From: a virus
Taxonomy: Duplodnaviria > Caudoviricetes
Direction: 5' to 3' (one strand)
IMG/VR virus record: IMGVR_UViG_3300044695_006206
Coordinates: 1-57,596 of that record
DNA: 57,596 bases
Part shown: in pieces, positions 1-9,514 of the stretch
Position numbering within the stretch: position 1 is the stretch's first letter
Layout: each line of letters starts with the position of its first letter
Notes under the pieces: generated by a model
What the model was told of the DNA's origin: nothing
Databases searched by the model: none
Seen by the model: the letters and a program-made list of their open reading frames with translations, nothing else
Program-made: the position numbers and the translations under genes

Positions 1-897
1 CCCGACGGCGGCGCGGCGGTTCGGCACCTCTACGAGGCGCCGCCTGAGAACTCGCAGCCCCTCGGCTGCCTGAGTCCCTACCGCACCGGCTACGCGCTCT
101 GGACCGAGAAGGCCGGGCTGGTGATGCCGGCCGACTTCTCCTCGGAGCGGATCGACGCAGGCAAGTTCCTGGAGCCGGCGCTCGCCGCCTGGGCCTCGGA
201 CAAGTTCAAGCTGAAGCTGCGGAAGGTCCGCCGCTATCACCAGCATGAGACGGTCGAGGGTTGGGGCGCGAGCCTCGACTACGAAGTCCACGGCATCGGC
301 ATGCCCCCGGTCGAGTTCAAGAACGTGGACCGGGCGATCTTCGCGCGCGACTGGATGGCCGAGGGCGACGACATCATCGCCCCGCCCATCCACATCAACC
401 TCCAGCTTCAGCACCAGATGGGCGCCTGCGGCGCGGACCACGGCTTCATCGTGGCCTGCATCGGCGGCAACGAGTTGAAGCTCGGGCGCATCCCCCGGCA
501 CGAGCCGACCCAGACCCGCATCGCCGAGGCGATCACCGCCTTCTGGGCGGGCGTGAAGGCCCAGGTTCCCCCGATCCTGGTGGCGGACTACGAGGCGGTC
601 TCCAAGGCGCACGCCTTCGGCGACAAGGGCGCGGTCGCGGACCTCTCGGGCGTCGAGGGCTTCCCCGCCCTCTGCGACCGATACCTCGAACTGAAGCGGC
701 AGGCCGATGAACTCGAAGTGTCCCTGGAGACGGCGAAGGGGCAGATCGCCATCCACCTGGGCGAGGCGACGAAGGCCACGGCCCCTGGCGTCCGAGTGTC
801 CTGGTCGGTGATCCACCGGCCCGAGAAGGTGATCCCGGAGCGCAAGCAGGAGGCCAAGACCTACCGAGGCGCGCTCATCGTCACGAAGGAGGTGTGA
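1..897 (+). CDS. YqaJ-like viral recombinase/exonuclease (3' part; 5' part at 57506-57596)
   Basis: Frame 1 is open from base 1: SPYRTGYALWTEKAG...GKFLEP...ASLD...EFKN...QLQHQM. Lies directly upstream of the RecT-like gene. Confidence 0.85.
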   Translation, partial: PDGGAAVRHLYEAPPENSQPLGCLSPYRTGYALWTEKAGLVMPADFSSERIDAGKFLEPALAAWASDKFKLKLRKVRRYHQHETVEGWGASLDYEVHGIGMPPVEFKNVDRAIFARDWMAEGDDIIAPPIHINLQLQHQMGACGADHGFIVACIGGNELKLGRIPRHEPTQTRIAEAITAFWAGVKAQVPPILVADYEAVSKAHAFGDKGAVADLSGVEGFPALCDRYLELKRQADELEVSLETAKGQIAIHLGEATKATAPGVRVSWSVIHRPEKVIPERKQEAKTYRGALIVTKEV

Positions 898-898
898 G

Positions 899-1648
899 AT
901 GCCGAGCGAAGTCACGACGTTGGAGCCGCGCCCGGCCAAGGCGCCGCTCTTGAGCGGAAGCCGGGTGGCGGCCATCGTGCCGACCGACGTGGAGCAGGTC
1001 TTCCGGCTGGCGAAGGCGATTGCCCTCGCCGGGTGGGCGCCGAAGTCCTACCTCTTCGATCCGAAGAACTCATCCGGCGGCTACGACGAGTCGAAGATCG
1101 CGGTGGGCATCCTGCACGGGATGGAACTGGGCCTCACGCCCATCGCGGCCTTGCAGTCCATCGCGGTCATCAACGGCACGCCGAGCATCTACGGCGACGG
1201 CGCCCTCGCGGTGGTCCAGGCCTCGGGGTTGATGGAGGACTTCCGCGAGGAGCCGATGGTCGAGGGCGGCAAGGTTGTCGGATACCGCTGCACGGCGAAG
1301 CGCCGGGGCGTGCCGACGCCCTTCGTCCAGGACTTCACCCTCACCGACGCAGCGAGGGCGAAGCTGATCGGCAAGCCCGGCCCCTGGCAGGAGTACCAGG
1401 GCCGCATGCTCCAGATGCGCGCTCGCGCCTGGACGCTGCGGGCCGGCTTCGCCGATGTCCTGCGCGGCATGAGCATCGCCGAGGAAGCGCAGGACATCCA
1501 CGACCTCGGCACGGCCCGGGAGGTCAAGGCCGAGCCGCCCCCCAGGCCCGCACTCACCGCCAGCGCCGCACTCGATGCGTTCGCGGGCGAGGGGGCTGCG
1601 GCGCCGCCTGAGCCTCAAAAGGAGCGTGTATTGAATGACGACGTCTAG
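899..1648 (+). CDS. RecT-like single-strand annealing protein
   Basis: GMELGLTPIAALQSIAVINGTPSIYGD and PWQEY..RMLQMRARAWTLR..FADVLRG motifs; paired with YqaJ. Confidence 0.8.
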   Translation: MPSEVTTLEPRPAKAPLLSGSRVAAIVPTDVEQVFRLAKAIALAGWAPKSYLFDPKNSSGGYDESKIAVGILHGMELGLTPIAALQSIAVINGTPSIYGDGALAVVQASGLMEDFREEPMVEGGKVVGYRCTAKRRGVPTPFVQDFTLTDAARAKLIGKPGPWQEYQGRMLQMRARAWTLRAGFADVLRGMSIAEEAQDIHDLGTAREVKAEPPPRPALTASAALDAFAGEGAAAPPEPQKERVLNDDV

Positions 1649-1925
1649 CACCAAGCCGATCCCGCTTGGCGCTCTGGAGGCGGGCCTCGGTGCCCGCTTC
1701 CGCGAGAAGCGCAGAGCGGCTGGAGTGTGGCTGGTCCCCCTCGCGCAGCACCTCGATGTGAGCGTCAACACGATTCGCTGGCACGAAGCCGGCGCTCGGA
1801 TGATGCGCGCCGACATGCTGGTGAAGGCAGCCCACTTCATGAAGATCGAACCGCGTGAACTGCTGCCCGAGGCTGGCGAGGCACCCGCGCCGGTCGGCAT
1901 CTCCACTGCAACCGAAGGAACCTGA
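1635..1925 (+). CDS. XRE-family HTH protein
   Basis: LGARFREKRRAAG...LAQHLDVSVNTIRWHEAG pattern. Confidence 0.7.
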   Translation: MTTSSTKPIPLGALEAGLGARFREKRRAAGVWLVPLAQHLDVSVNTIRWHEAGARMMRADMLVKAAHFMKIEPRELLPEAGEAPAPVGISTATEGT

Positions 1926-1928
1926 GTC

Positions 1929-2276
1929 ATGCCATCGAAGATGATCGCCGACCTCGTCGTGAAGGTGGGTGAGTACGAGCGCAACGGCGAGCGCAAGTCG
2001 ATCAACAAGAACATCGGCACGCTGATGGAGAACGACGACGGGCGCCAGTTCGTCCTCATCGACTCCACGGTCCTCACGATGGAACTGAACTACATCGCGA
2101 ACAAGGATCGCCGCGAGAAGATGATCGTGTCGGTGTTCCCGAAGCGGGACGAGGACTCGGGCGAGGGCCAGCAGCGCCGCAGCAATGGCGGCGGCGGATC
2201 GGGCAACCGCACCAGCGGCAACGGCGGTGGTGGCGGCAACAGCCGCAACGCCCCGGACGACGACATCCCGTTCTAA
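1929..2276 (+). CDS. Single-stranded DNA-binding protein (phage type)
   Basis: Gly-rich linker and acidic C-terminal DDDIPF tail typical of SSBs; located in the recombination module. Confidence 0.7.
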   Translation: MPSKMIADLVVKVGEYERNGERKSINKNIGTLMENDDGRQFVLIDSTVLTMELNYIANKDRREKMIVSVFPKRDEDSGEGQQRRSNGGGGSGNRTSGNGGGGGNSRNAPDDDIPF

Positions 2277-2427
2277 GGGGCGGCCATGACGCGCGAAGCC
2301 ATGCGATTGCAGGACGTCTTCCTGCTGGTGGTCCTCTGGTGTGGAGCGATGGTCACTCTCGGCCTCGCGGCCCGCGCCATGATCTTCCTCTTCTGCATCG
2401 GCTACGGCTGCTGAGACGGGGCGAAAG

Positions 2428-2916
2428 ATGGACCTCTTCGAGTCTACCTTTCTGAGGAACCTCCGGGACCAATGGCGCTCCGTCATTGAGTCCGACGGAG
2501 GGCAGTGCCCCTGCTGCGCGCGGTGGGGGAAGGTCTACCGCCGGCACATCAACGAGACGATGGCACGCAGCCTCATCTGGCTCTGCCACGCGCCGACGGT
2601 CGAGGATGGGTGGGTCAATGTGCCCACCCAGGCCCCGCGCTGGCTTGTGCGCTCGAACCAGCTTCCCACCCTGCGCTGGTGGGACTTGGTCTACCGCGCG
2701 AGCAGCGACGAACAGGACCGACGCTTCAGCGGCATGTGGAGGCCCACCGCGCTTGGTCGCGCCTTCGCGGCCGGCTCCGTGGAGATTCCGCGCACGGTCT
2801 ACACCTACAACGGCGAGCGCGAGAAATACGGCACAGCGCGAATCCGCATCGCCGACTGCTTCGACAGCCACTTCTCCTACCAGGAAGTCATGAAGGGAAC
2901 GGCCCATGAAGGGTAG
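2428..2916 (+). CDS. Hypothetical protein (CPCC motif)
   Basis: 162-aa ORF co-oriented with the early operon. Confidence 0.6.
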   Translation: MDLFESTFLRNLRDQWRSVIESDGGQCPCCARWGKVYRRHINETMARSLIWLCHAPTVEDGWVNVPTQAPRWLVRSNQLPTLRWWDLVYRASSDEQDRRFSGMWRPTALGRAFAAGSVEIPRTVYTYNGEREKYGTARIRIADCFDSHFSYQEVMKGTAHEG

Positions 2917-3043
2917 CGGCTTCATCCGCAGCGACTTCGGACAGTTCGTGCTGGCGATGCTCGCCATCATGGGCGCGTCCTTCTTCGGCACTCTCATCGC
3001 GGGCGCGATGCTGCTCGCGGTCTTTCGCTGAAGGAGACGCGGG

Positions 3044-3358
3044 ATGGTCTCGGTGATGGTCGAGGTCGAGGCGTGGGAGGTTCTGCAAGACCTCAAGACG
3101 CGCGACGTCGTGAAGGAACTCTGCGACCGGGCAAGGGACGGCGACCGGGAGGCTCGGCAGGCTCTCGGCTCCGATGCGACGGCCGTGGAGCGGGCGATTG
3201 AGCATCTGCGAGCCGGCCGGGCCGAGCAGGCGCTCGAAGCCCTCACGGCTCTCGAAGAGAGGCCGCGCAACAACGTCTCGGCCGACTACAACTCTGCACG
3301 CCAGGGCAAGCACCCCTTCCTTCTGGTGCGCTGCGCCTCGCAGGGAGCGCCGAACTGA
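3044..3358 (+). CDS. Hypothetical protein
   Basis: AGGAG RBS; stop overlaps the next start (TGATG). Confidence 0.55.
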   Translation: MVSVMVEVEAWEVLQDLKTRDVVKELCDRARDGDREARQALGSDATAVERAIEHLRAGRAEQALEALTALEERPRNNVSADYNSARQGKHPFLLVRCASQGAPN

Positions 3359-3576
3359 TGGCCGAACTCTACCTGGACAGTATCGACGTCTGCCGGCGGT
3401 TGGCGGCAGCCTGCAAGAGCGCGGGCGGCCAGAAGGCGTGGGCCGACAAGCACAGCATATCCGGCAGCTACGTGAGCGACGTTCTGCACTCGCGACGCGA
3501 GCCGGGCGATTCCATCCTGAAGGCGCTCGGGCTGGTCCGAGTGGTCCGGTATCGAGCGAAGGCGAACACGCAGTGA
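3358..3576 (+). CDS. Small Cro-like HTH protein
   Basis: GGQKAWADKHSISGSYVSDVLHSRREPG.SILKALGL. Confidence 0.65.
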   Translation: MAELYLDSIDVCRRLAAACKSAGGQKAWADKHSISGSYVSDVLHSRREPGDSILKALGLVRVVRYRAKANTQ

Positions 3577-3956
3577 GCGACGAGGAAACGAGCGTCTCGG
3601 TTACGGCGAAGACTGCATGGCACGCCTGGGATGGCGTGTTCGTCTTCACCCTGGAGGAGGAAGGCGAGCCGCCCATCGTGCTGCGCCTGGGCTACGGCGA
3701 CTGCGAGTGGGTCGTCACGGCCTGCGACTTCGCGGCGCGCAAGCGGCCCTTCGACAAGGTGCTGTCCCTGCACGCGGTGGCCGAGAGCGGCGGGAGGCTG
3801 TTGTTCGCCAGAGTGACCGCAGATGCCGGCCGGGTGGGCTTCAGCATCGAGGCGCCGTTCGGACTCATGGGCTGGTCCTGCCTGTTCGACGGCGCGGAGG
3901 CCGAAGGCATCAAGCGCACGGCCCGGCAGGCGATGCGGCAGGCCGACTCGCGGTGA
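3573..3956 (+). CDS. Hypothetical protein
   Basis: GTG start overlapping the previous stop (GTGA); 3' part of track ORF 3174..3956. Confidence 0.5.
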   Translation: MSDEETSVSVTAKTAWHAWDGVFVFTLEEEGEPPIVLRLGYGDCEWVVTACDFAARKRPFDKVLSLHAVAESGGRLLFARVTADAGRVGFSIEAPFGLMGWSCLFDGAEAEGIKRTARQAMRQADSR

Positions 3957-4600
3957 TGGAGAGGGTGATGATCGAAGCAGTGTTCCCGGCCATCTTCGTG
4001 GCGTTCGCGGTGTGCCTCTATCTCGGACTGAGGGGGAGCCGATGACCGACGCTTGGGACGGTCGCCCCCCAAACCCAGAACAGAGTGAGTGGTATTGGCT
4101 TGATCTGGACGCGCCCAACCACGACACGCCGATTGCCGCCCTTTGGGGGAATGGCGCTTGGCTTCTCCCAAGCCCAGAGGGGATCACGCCACGAGGGCTG
4201 ACCCTAGCTCTGTCGAGGCGAGGGCGGTCGGCTCGCTGCCTCGGTCGCTGCCTGACCCCACCCGAAGTCGCAGGCCGCGTTGAGGCGGCGCATGGTGGGG
4301 CGCAGCAGGAGTTGGCGCGGGTTCGAAAGGCACTGTTGGCGCTCCTTCTGCATGTCGAGGCGTCATGTCGGCGAGAGTTGCTGCCGCCGCCGATTGAGGC
4401 AGAAGACGCCCGCGAAGCGCTGCGGCAAGCAGCACTCACGAAGGACCACGCATGACCAACGCAATCGAGTTGTTCCAGGCCGAGCATGGCGGCTGGATCG
4501 TCAAGCGGCACAACCCAATCGACGCCGATATGCGAATCCTGTTTGCAGGCAGCGTCGAGGACTGCATCGCCTACGTGCGCAAGTGGATGGAGGAGCATCA

Positions 4601-4909
4601 ATGACCAACTGGGTCGATGCGATCTACGAGGCCACCGGAATGGTGGTGAACGAGTCGCAGGCGAAAGCCATCGGGCGGCTGGTGGAGGCGCGCGTCGCCG
4701 AGCGGCTGCGCTATGCGGTCGATTGGCAGCCCATCGCCACCATGCCCCAGGAGACGAAGGCGCTGGTGTCGGACGGCGCGCTGATCCGGCCGGGCGTTCG
4801 GCAGGGCGACACCATCCTGGCGCCCTTCCCGATGGTGATCGGCCTCTGGACGCACTGGGCGAGCTTCCCGAAGCCGCCCCGCATCGAGGAGGGGCGACGC
4901 GGTGGCTGA
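4601..4909 (+). CDS. DUF551-like phage protein
   Basis: WQPIATMP...THWASFPKPP motif; GGAGGAG RBS. Confidence 0.55.
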   Translation: MTNWVDAIYEATGMVVNESQAKAIGRLVEARVAERLRYAVDWQPIATMPQETKALVSDGALIRPGVRQGDTILAPFPMVIGLWTHWASFPKPPRIEEGRRGG

Positions 4910-5345
4910 CATCCTGGAACGACTGCACCACCACGCCAGAGTGGGCGATGGATGGACTCGGCCGGATGCGGCTAAAGCCGCCGATGAGATTGAGCGACTG
5001 CGCCACGACCTGACAATCGCTCGCTTGGACAGGGACCACGCAAAAGCCGAACGCGACAACGCTGAACGCCTCGTTAATGAGGCACGGGCCGAGCGAGACG
5101 AAGCCGTTGCCACGCTGGCGCTCTACCGCGCGGAGAACGGCTGCACGCGCGGCCAACGGACCACGCAGTGGTGCGGCGAGGCCACCCGGCTACGGCGCGC
5201 ATGGCTGCGCGTGATCCAGCTTGAGAACGCTTGTCCAGCCAGCGGCGGCGGGTGCCTCTCTAAGCGGTGCGGGTGTCTGGCGGAAATGGAGGTGCTGATC
5301 GGTGAAAACGGCAATACCCATACCGCCCTGAAGGAGGCCGAGTGA
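4902..5345 (+). CDS. Hypothetical coiled-coil phage protein
   Basis: MADILERL...AADEIERLR motif common in phage early genes. Confidence 0.55.
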   Translation: MADILERLHHHARVGDGWTRPDAAKAADEIERLRHDLTIARLDRDHAKAERDNAERLVNEARAERDEAVATLALYRAENGCTRGQRTTQWCGEATRLRRAWLRVIQLENACPASGGGCLSKRCGCLAEMEVLIGENGNTHTALKEAE

Positions 5346-5604
5346 TGTCGATGGAGTGGGTTCTGCTGCTGGGCGTCGGCGCGTTTGGAGCCGGGGCATG
5401 GCTCGGTGTTCGAGTCGAACGCAGGCAGTGGGTGTCTGCGGCACACGAGGACTACCTTGTCGCCGGGGCGCGCTATTGCCATGGGACGTTCTTCTATGTC
5501 CTGCCCGAGCGGACGTTCAACTTCGTGCAGATGAAGGCGCTCGCATGGGAGCAGTCGAACGCAGCCTCGGCGAAGCGAGGCCAGTGATGAAGGAGGAGAC
5601 CCGC

Positions 5605-6279
5605 ATGATGCAGGAGCCGAGCGTCGAGTTCCCGCGCGTCGCCCTGTGCTGGATCACCCCGGACGCGGACTTGCTGATCGCGCGGATCGCGCGGGTGTCG
5701 AACCCCGCCAACGAGGGCAACGACGCCACCGCCGAGCGGCTCATCCGCTACATGATCCGGCACAAGCACTGGTCGCCCTTCGAGATGGCCTCGATGTGCC
5801 TGGAGATCGTGACGACCCGCGACATCGCCCGGCAACTGCTGCGGCACCGCTCCTTCTCCTTCCAGGAGTTCAGCCAGCGGTATGCCGAGGTGGACAGCCT
5901 GCCACCGGCTCCGCTGCGCGAGGCGCGCCTGCAAGACACCAAGAACCGGCAGAACAGCCTGGAGACGGACGACGACGCCCTGCACCGCGAGTGGGAGCGC
6001 AGGCAGAGCGAGGTGATGACCATCGCGAAGCGGCACTACGAGTGGGCGATCCTCAACGGCATTGCGAAGGAAGTGGCGCGTGCGCAGTTGCCCGAGGGCC
6101 TGACCACCAGCCGGCTCTACATGGCGGGGACCATCCGAAGCTGGTTGCATTTCTGCGGGCTGCGGCGCGGTGTCGAGACGCAGAAGGAGACGCGGCTGAT
6201 CGCGGAGAAGGCCTGGGCGCAACTGGCGTTCAGCACCCCCCTCGTGGCGGCGGCCTGGGAGGGCCAGCATGCCGGCTAA
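5605..6279 (+). CDS. thyX: FAD-dependent thymidylate synthase
   Basis: H.SPFE and RHRSFSFQEFSQRY ThyX signature, AKEVAR..LP, TQKETR; AGGAGG RBS. Confidence 0.93.
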   Translation: MMQEPSVEFPRVALCWITPDADLLIARIARVSNPANEGNDATAERLIRYMIRHKHWSPFEMASMCLEIVTTRDIARQLLRHRSFSFQEFSQRYAEVDSLPPAPLREARLQDTKNRQNSLETDDDALHREWERRQSEVMTIAKRHYEWAILNGIAKEVARAQLPEGLTTSRLYMAGTIRSWLHFCGLRRGVETQKETRLIAEKAWAQLAFSTPLVAAAWEGQHAG

Positions 6280-6511
6280 GGCGCCGCGCGACGTCATGCT
6301 GTTCCCGCCGACCGAGCGGGAGGCCACCCTGGAGGAGGTCCGCGTCGAACTGGCGGCAGCGATGGCGAAGCTCTGCGCGGCCACACGCGAGGCCGAGGAG
6401 TGCATCGGCGGGCGAGCGGGCGAGTGTGCCGCCTGCCCGATGCACGCCACCCCTCACATCAACGACGTCCTGGTGCGGATCGCGCGGAAGAAGGTGAAGA
6501 AGCATGCCTAG
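6269..6511 (+). CDS. Hypothetical protein (Cys cluster)
   Basis: Overlaps both neighbours in the operon; CxxxxxxCxxC. Confidence 0.45.
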   Translation: MPAKAPRDVMLFPPTEREATLEEVRVELAAAMAKLCAATREAEECIGGRAGECAACPMHATPHINDVLVRIARKKVKKHA

Positions 6512-6887
6512 CCACGCGAGCAATGTGCGACCGGCCCGAATGTCGCACTGGTGGCTCCAGTTGTTCCGGGATGAGATGAACAGGCGCGTGGGCGAGGCCA
6601 TGAAGGTCATGGTGAAGAACCGCCCCGAAGATGAGGCAGTGACGCTGATGACGCTGGACGAACTGATCGCCATGACCGAAGCAGGACCGGCCGTGGTGAT
6701 GATGGGCAAGGACGACGCACTCGAACTGATGCAGCGGCTCCGGTTGGCCGAGCTTCAGGTCGAGGCCGCGCGCAAGCAGGCCGCATACCAATCGACACGC
6801 GCGGCCCGCGAGAAGGAGGCCCTGGCAGCGATCCGGGCGCGCCTCGACGAACTCCAGACCAAGAAGGAAGCCGAAAGTGAGCGTTGA
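6504..6887 (+). CDS. Hypothetical protein
   Basis: Operon-coupled ORF with a coiled-coil C-terminus. Confidence 0.5.
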   Translation: MPSHASNVRPARMSHWWLQLFRDEMNRRVGEAMKVMVKNRPEDEAVTLMTLDELIAMTEAGPAVVMMGKDDALELMQRLRLAELQVEAARKQAAYQSTRAAREKEALAAIRARLDELQTKKEAESER

Positions 6888-7314
6888 AATCTTCAAGGAC
6901 CAGAAGGCGTTCATGGTCGCCTCCGGTCAGCAGCCCTCCGACCGGATGGCGATCCTCTACCAGAGCCTCATCGCCGAGGAACACAGCGAACTCCTCTATG
7001 CCTTCGGCAAGTGGTGCGACGCGATGAACGAGAAGCGGGATCGCCTCGCTGAGACGACCGAGGTCGCCGACGCCTGCATCGACATCATCTACGTCGCCAT
7101 CGGGATGCTGCACGCCCTTGGCCTCGATCCCCAGGCGCTCTGGAATGAGGTGCAGCGGTCGAACATGGACAAGCTGAAGCACCCCGACGGCCAGGGCGGC
7201 TTCGTCTACGAGGTCCGCCGCCGTGAGGACGGGAAGATTCTCAAGCCCGACGGGTGGACCCCGCCGAACCTCCGACACATCGTCGCCTGCAACCTAGAAG
7301 GGACCGAGCCGTGA
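6877..7314 (+). CDS. MazG/PRA-PH-like nucleotide pyrophosphohydrolase
   Basis: LIAEEHSEL...EVADACIDIIYVAIG...EVQRSNMDK...RREDGKILKP.GW.PPNL. Confidence 0.85.
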   Translation: MSVEIFKDQKAFMVASGQQPSDRMAILYQSLIAEEHSELLYAFGKWCDAMNEKRDRLAETTEVADACIDIIYVAIGMLHALGLDPQALWNEVQRSNMDKLKHPDGQGGFVYEVRRREDGKILKPDGWTPPNLRHIVACNLEGTEP

Positions 7315-7622
7315 AGAAGAACATGATCCTGGTCGAGGCCATCGACGCCGACGGCATCCCCTGCGTGGGCGATGCCCTGGACCTCGATGACCGCAGCTTC
7401 CGCGCCCTGGTGCTGAACGTCTTCTGGAACGCGAAGGCACTGGCCGGCGTGGACCCGGCGAGCCTGGAAGGCGGCGACATCCCGCTGCGCCTGCGCCCGG
7501 ATGCGAAGGCGGTCATGTCGATGGAGGAGTACGTCGCCCAGACGAACGAACTCATCCGGCAGGCCGACGAAGCCCGCAAGGCGGCCGAAGCCGAAGGAGA
7601 GGCTACGAAGGAGACTTCGTGA
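7311..7622 (+). CDS. Hypothetical protein
   Basis: GTGA overlaps on both sides. Confidence 0.5.
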   Translation: MKKNMILVEAIDADGIPCVGDALDLDDRSFRALVLNVFWNAKALAGVDPASLEGGDIPLRLRPDAKAVMSMEEYVAQTNELIRQADEARKAAEAEGEATKETS

Positions 7623-7903
7623 ATCGCCTGCGGACGGAGGAAGTCGCGGCACTTCTTGGTGTGTCGCGACGCACCGCTCAAGCTATGTGCCAGCGGGGGG
7701 AAATCCCCTCCGCTGCGCAGTTCGGCCGCACATGGACGGTCCGGGCGGATGCGCTCGCACAGTGGATCACAATGAAGGAGAGAACGTGGATGGAAACATC
7801 TACCTCAGAGGCAAGACCTACTGGGGCCGAGTCTGGGTTCAAGGCAAAGAGCATCGACGCAGCCTACGCACAACTGATGAAGCAGAGGCCCGCGCCGAGG
7901 TAG
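7619..7903 (+). CDS. Excisionase-like HTH (HTH_17)
   Basis: LRTEEVAALLGVSRRT...RGEIPSAAQFGRTW.V....L..W; overlaps the integrase start. Confidence 0.8.
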   Translation: MNRLRTEEVAALLGVSRRTAQAMCQRGEIPSAAQFGRTWTVRADALAQWITMKERTWMETSTSEARPTGAESGFKAKSIDAAYAQLMKQRPAPR

Positions 7904-8946
7904 AGGCGTGGCGCAAGGAGCTTGAGGCGGGCGCCCCGACGGGGGGCGGCAGCGACCCCACCTGGAAGGAGGCGGTCGTCGCCTGGGCCGAGACCATCGG
8001 CGCGATGCAGGGCGAGGACGGCCTGAAGCCGAAGGTGAAGAAGCGGTACCTGGAATCGCTGCGCATGGTGGACCAGTTCTGGTCGCCGCTGCACCTGTCT
8101 CGCATCGGGCGGCGCGAGATCGCCGAGTTCGTCAAAGTGCGAAAGAAGGGCTTCCGGCGGATCGAGCCGGATGGCGCCGAGGTCGCCATCGCCCCGGTCA
8201 CGAACGCCACGGTCCGCCGCGACCTCACGGCCTTGTCCAGCGTCTTCCGGGTGGCCGTGGCCTCGGGGATGACCGACCACAACCCGGCCAGGGAGTGGGA
8301 TCGGGGGGTGATCAAGGAGCGCAAGCGGGTCTTCGTCCCGCCGCTGCCGCACGAGATCGAGACGGTCATCGGCTACGCCCAGGGGAACTTCGCCCGGCTG
8401 ATCGCCTTCGCGGCGAACACGGGCATCCGGCAGCAGGAGGCGGTCGGGATCGAGTGGCGGGACTTCCGGCGGGAGAACGCCGAGCTTCTGCTGCCCCGCA
8501 CCAAGGTCTCGCGCCCCCGGGCGGTTCGGGTCGCCAGCCCAGGCGGGGATGCCACCGGCACAATCACCGGCACACCCCGGCACATCCGATCCGGGCTGGC
8601 TTTCTGGCACGGCGTGGATGGTGAGCCGTTCCGTGGGGCGGCCGGGCAGTTCCGGGAGGTGATGGCCCGAGCGGTCGCAGGAGAGGCCGCAGAAGGCCGC
8701 ACGCTGCGGCGTTTCCGCTTCCACGACCTTCGCCATGCCTTCGCGGTTCGGTGGCTCCTGGCGGGCGGCGACATCTACGCCCTCTCGAAGCATCTCGGGC
8801 ACACCTCGGTGAAGACCACCGAGATATATCTGGCCTACGTGAGCGACTACCGGGATGCGCAGGGCGAGAACCGGCACAGCGACCGGCACAACCCCACCGG
8901 CTCGGTCGGCACAGCGACGGCGGCGGATTCCGCCAAGTCCGCGTAG
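7786..8946 (+). CDS. int: Tyrosine recombinase / phage integrase
   Basis: TGIRQQE, FHDLRH, LGHTSVKTTEIY catalytic motifs; GTG start with AAGGAG RBS. Confidence 0.93.
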   Translation: MDGNIYLRGKTYWGRVWVQGKEHRRSLRTTDEAEARAEVEAWRKELEAGAPTGGGSDPTWKEAVVAWAETIGAMQGEDGLKPKVKKRYLESLRMVDQFWSPLHLSRIGRREIAEFVKVRKKGFRRIEPDGAEVAIAPVTNATVRRDLTALSSVFRVAVASGMTDHNPAREWDRGVIKERKRVFVPPLPHEIETVIGYAQGNFARLIAFAANTGIRQQEAVGIEWRDFRRENAELLLPRTKVSRPRAVRVASPGGDATGTITGTPRHIRSGLAFWHGVDGEPFRGAAGQFREVMARAVAGEAAEGRTLRRFRFHDLRHAFAVRWLLAGGDIYALSKHLGHTSVKTTEIYLAYVSDYRDAQGENRHSDRHNPTGSVGTATAADSAKSA

Positions 8947-9002
8947 CTGCGCTACTATTCAGGCCCTCGATGAACCGGCAGGAAACCGTTGAGGCGGCTG
9001 CT

Positions 9003-9021
9003 CAGCGGTCTTGAAATCCGC
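9003..9021 (+). other. Candidate attP core (tRNA-Ser anticodon-arm-like)
   Basis: CAGCGGTCTTGAAATCCGC: GCGG/CCGC dyad around a CTTGAAA loop, between the integrase and the tRNA. Confidence 0.5.
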
Positions 9022-9051
9022 ATGAGGGTTATCAAGGGCCTGATTGTATTC

Positions 9052-9142
9052 GGTGGGGTGGCAGAGAGGCTTATTGCTCCAGTCTTGAAAACTGGCGATG
9101 TTTCAAAGACATCCGTGGGTTCGAATCCCACCCCCACCGCCA
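9052..9142 (+). tRNA. tRNA-Ser, anticodon TGA
   Basis: Acceptor GGTGGGG/CCCCACC, discriminator G, encoded CCA, anticodon arm CCAGT-CTTGAAA-ACTGG, long variable arm, GTGGG-TTCGAAT-CCCAC T-arm. Confidence 0.95.
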
Positions 9143-9188
9143 ACGCAGCCCGCGTCTTGCGCGCAGAGAACGCAGCTTCGGACGGCAC

Positions 9189-9422
9189 ATGAAACCGGCA
9201 CACCCGGCACAGGAGGCTGCGATGGCCCATCTGGTCAACCATATCCACGAGAACATGGGCTTCGCCGACCCCGACGGGGCCGAGGAGAGCATGTCCTGGG
9301 CTGAGATGGTCCCGGTCATCCTGGCCGGGCTGCGCACGCCCGAGACCTTCATGCAGGCGGTCGAACTGATGCGGCGGATGGCTGACGCGGCCGACGGGAA
9401 AGAGAAAGGCCCCGGGCATTAA
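9189..9422 (+). CDS. Hypothetical protein
   Basis: Short ORF; AGGAGG precedes an internal ATG, so the true start may be later. Confidence 0.45.
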   Translation: MKPAHPAQEAAMAHLVNHIHENMGFADPDGAEESMSWAEMVPVILAGLRTPETFMQAVELMRRMADAADGKEKGPGH

Positions 9423-9514
9423 GCTCAGGGCCTAGTTGGACTGGTCCGGGAGGAATGCCGCCACGCTACTTCTGCGTGGTGGCCTTGTCCAGCATTTCGG
9501 TCTTCCGGGCCGGA

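Larger units (their letters stand above)
8555..9211 (+). repeat. Three triplet clusters of the (C)CGGCACA direct repeat; candidate integrase arm-type sites
   Basis: Copies at 8555, 8567, 8577; 8871, 8883, 8906; 9182, 9195, 9204. They flank the putative core and the tRNA. Confidence 0.65.

Noticed and set aside
3468-5156. Long antisense or alternative-frame ORFs (e.g. 3468..5156, 20688..22484, 36188..37843, 43637..45064, 53642..55258)
   Set aside because: These are shadow ORFs expected in high-GC DNA. They lie opposite motif-supported or operon-coupled genes and have Arg/Pro/Gly-rich, motif-free translations.
9052-9142. tRNA with 'TGA' as an opal suppressor or selenocysteine tRNA, implying stop-codon recoding
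   Set aside because: Anticodon TGA reads UCA (Ser); a suppressor would need TCA. TGA, TAA and TAG all end well-supported genes normally.
8955-9419. Track ORFs 8989..9192, 9071..9352, 9098..9304 and 8955..9419
   Set aside because: They overlap the tRNA and att region and have no protein motifs.
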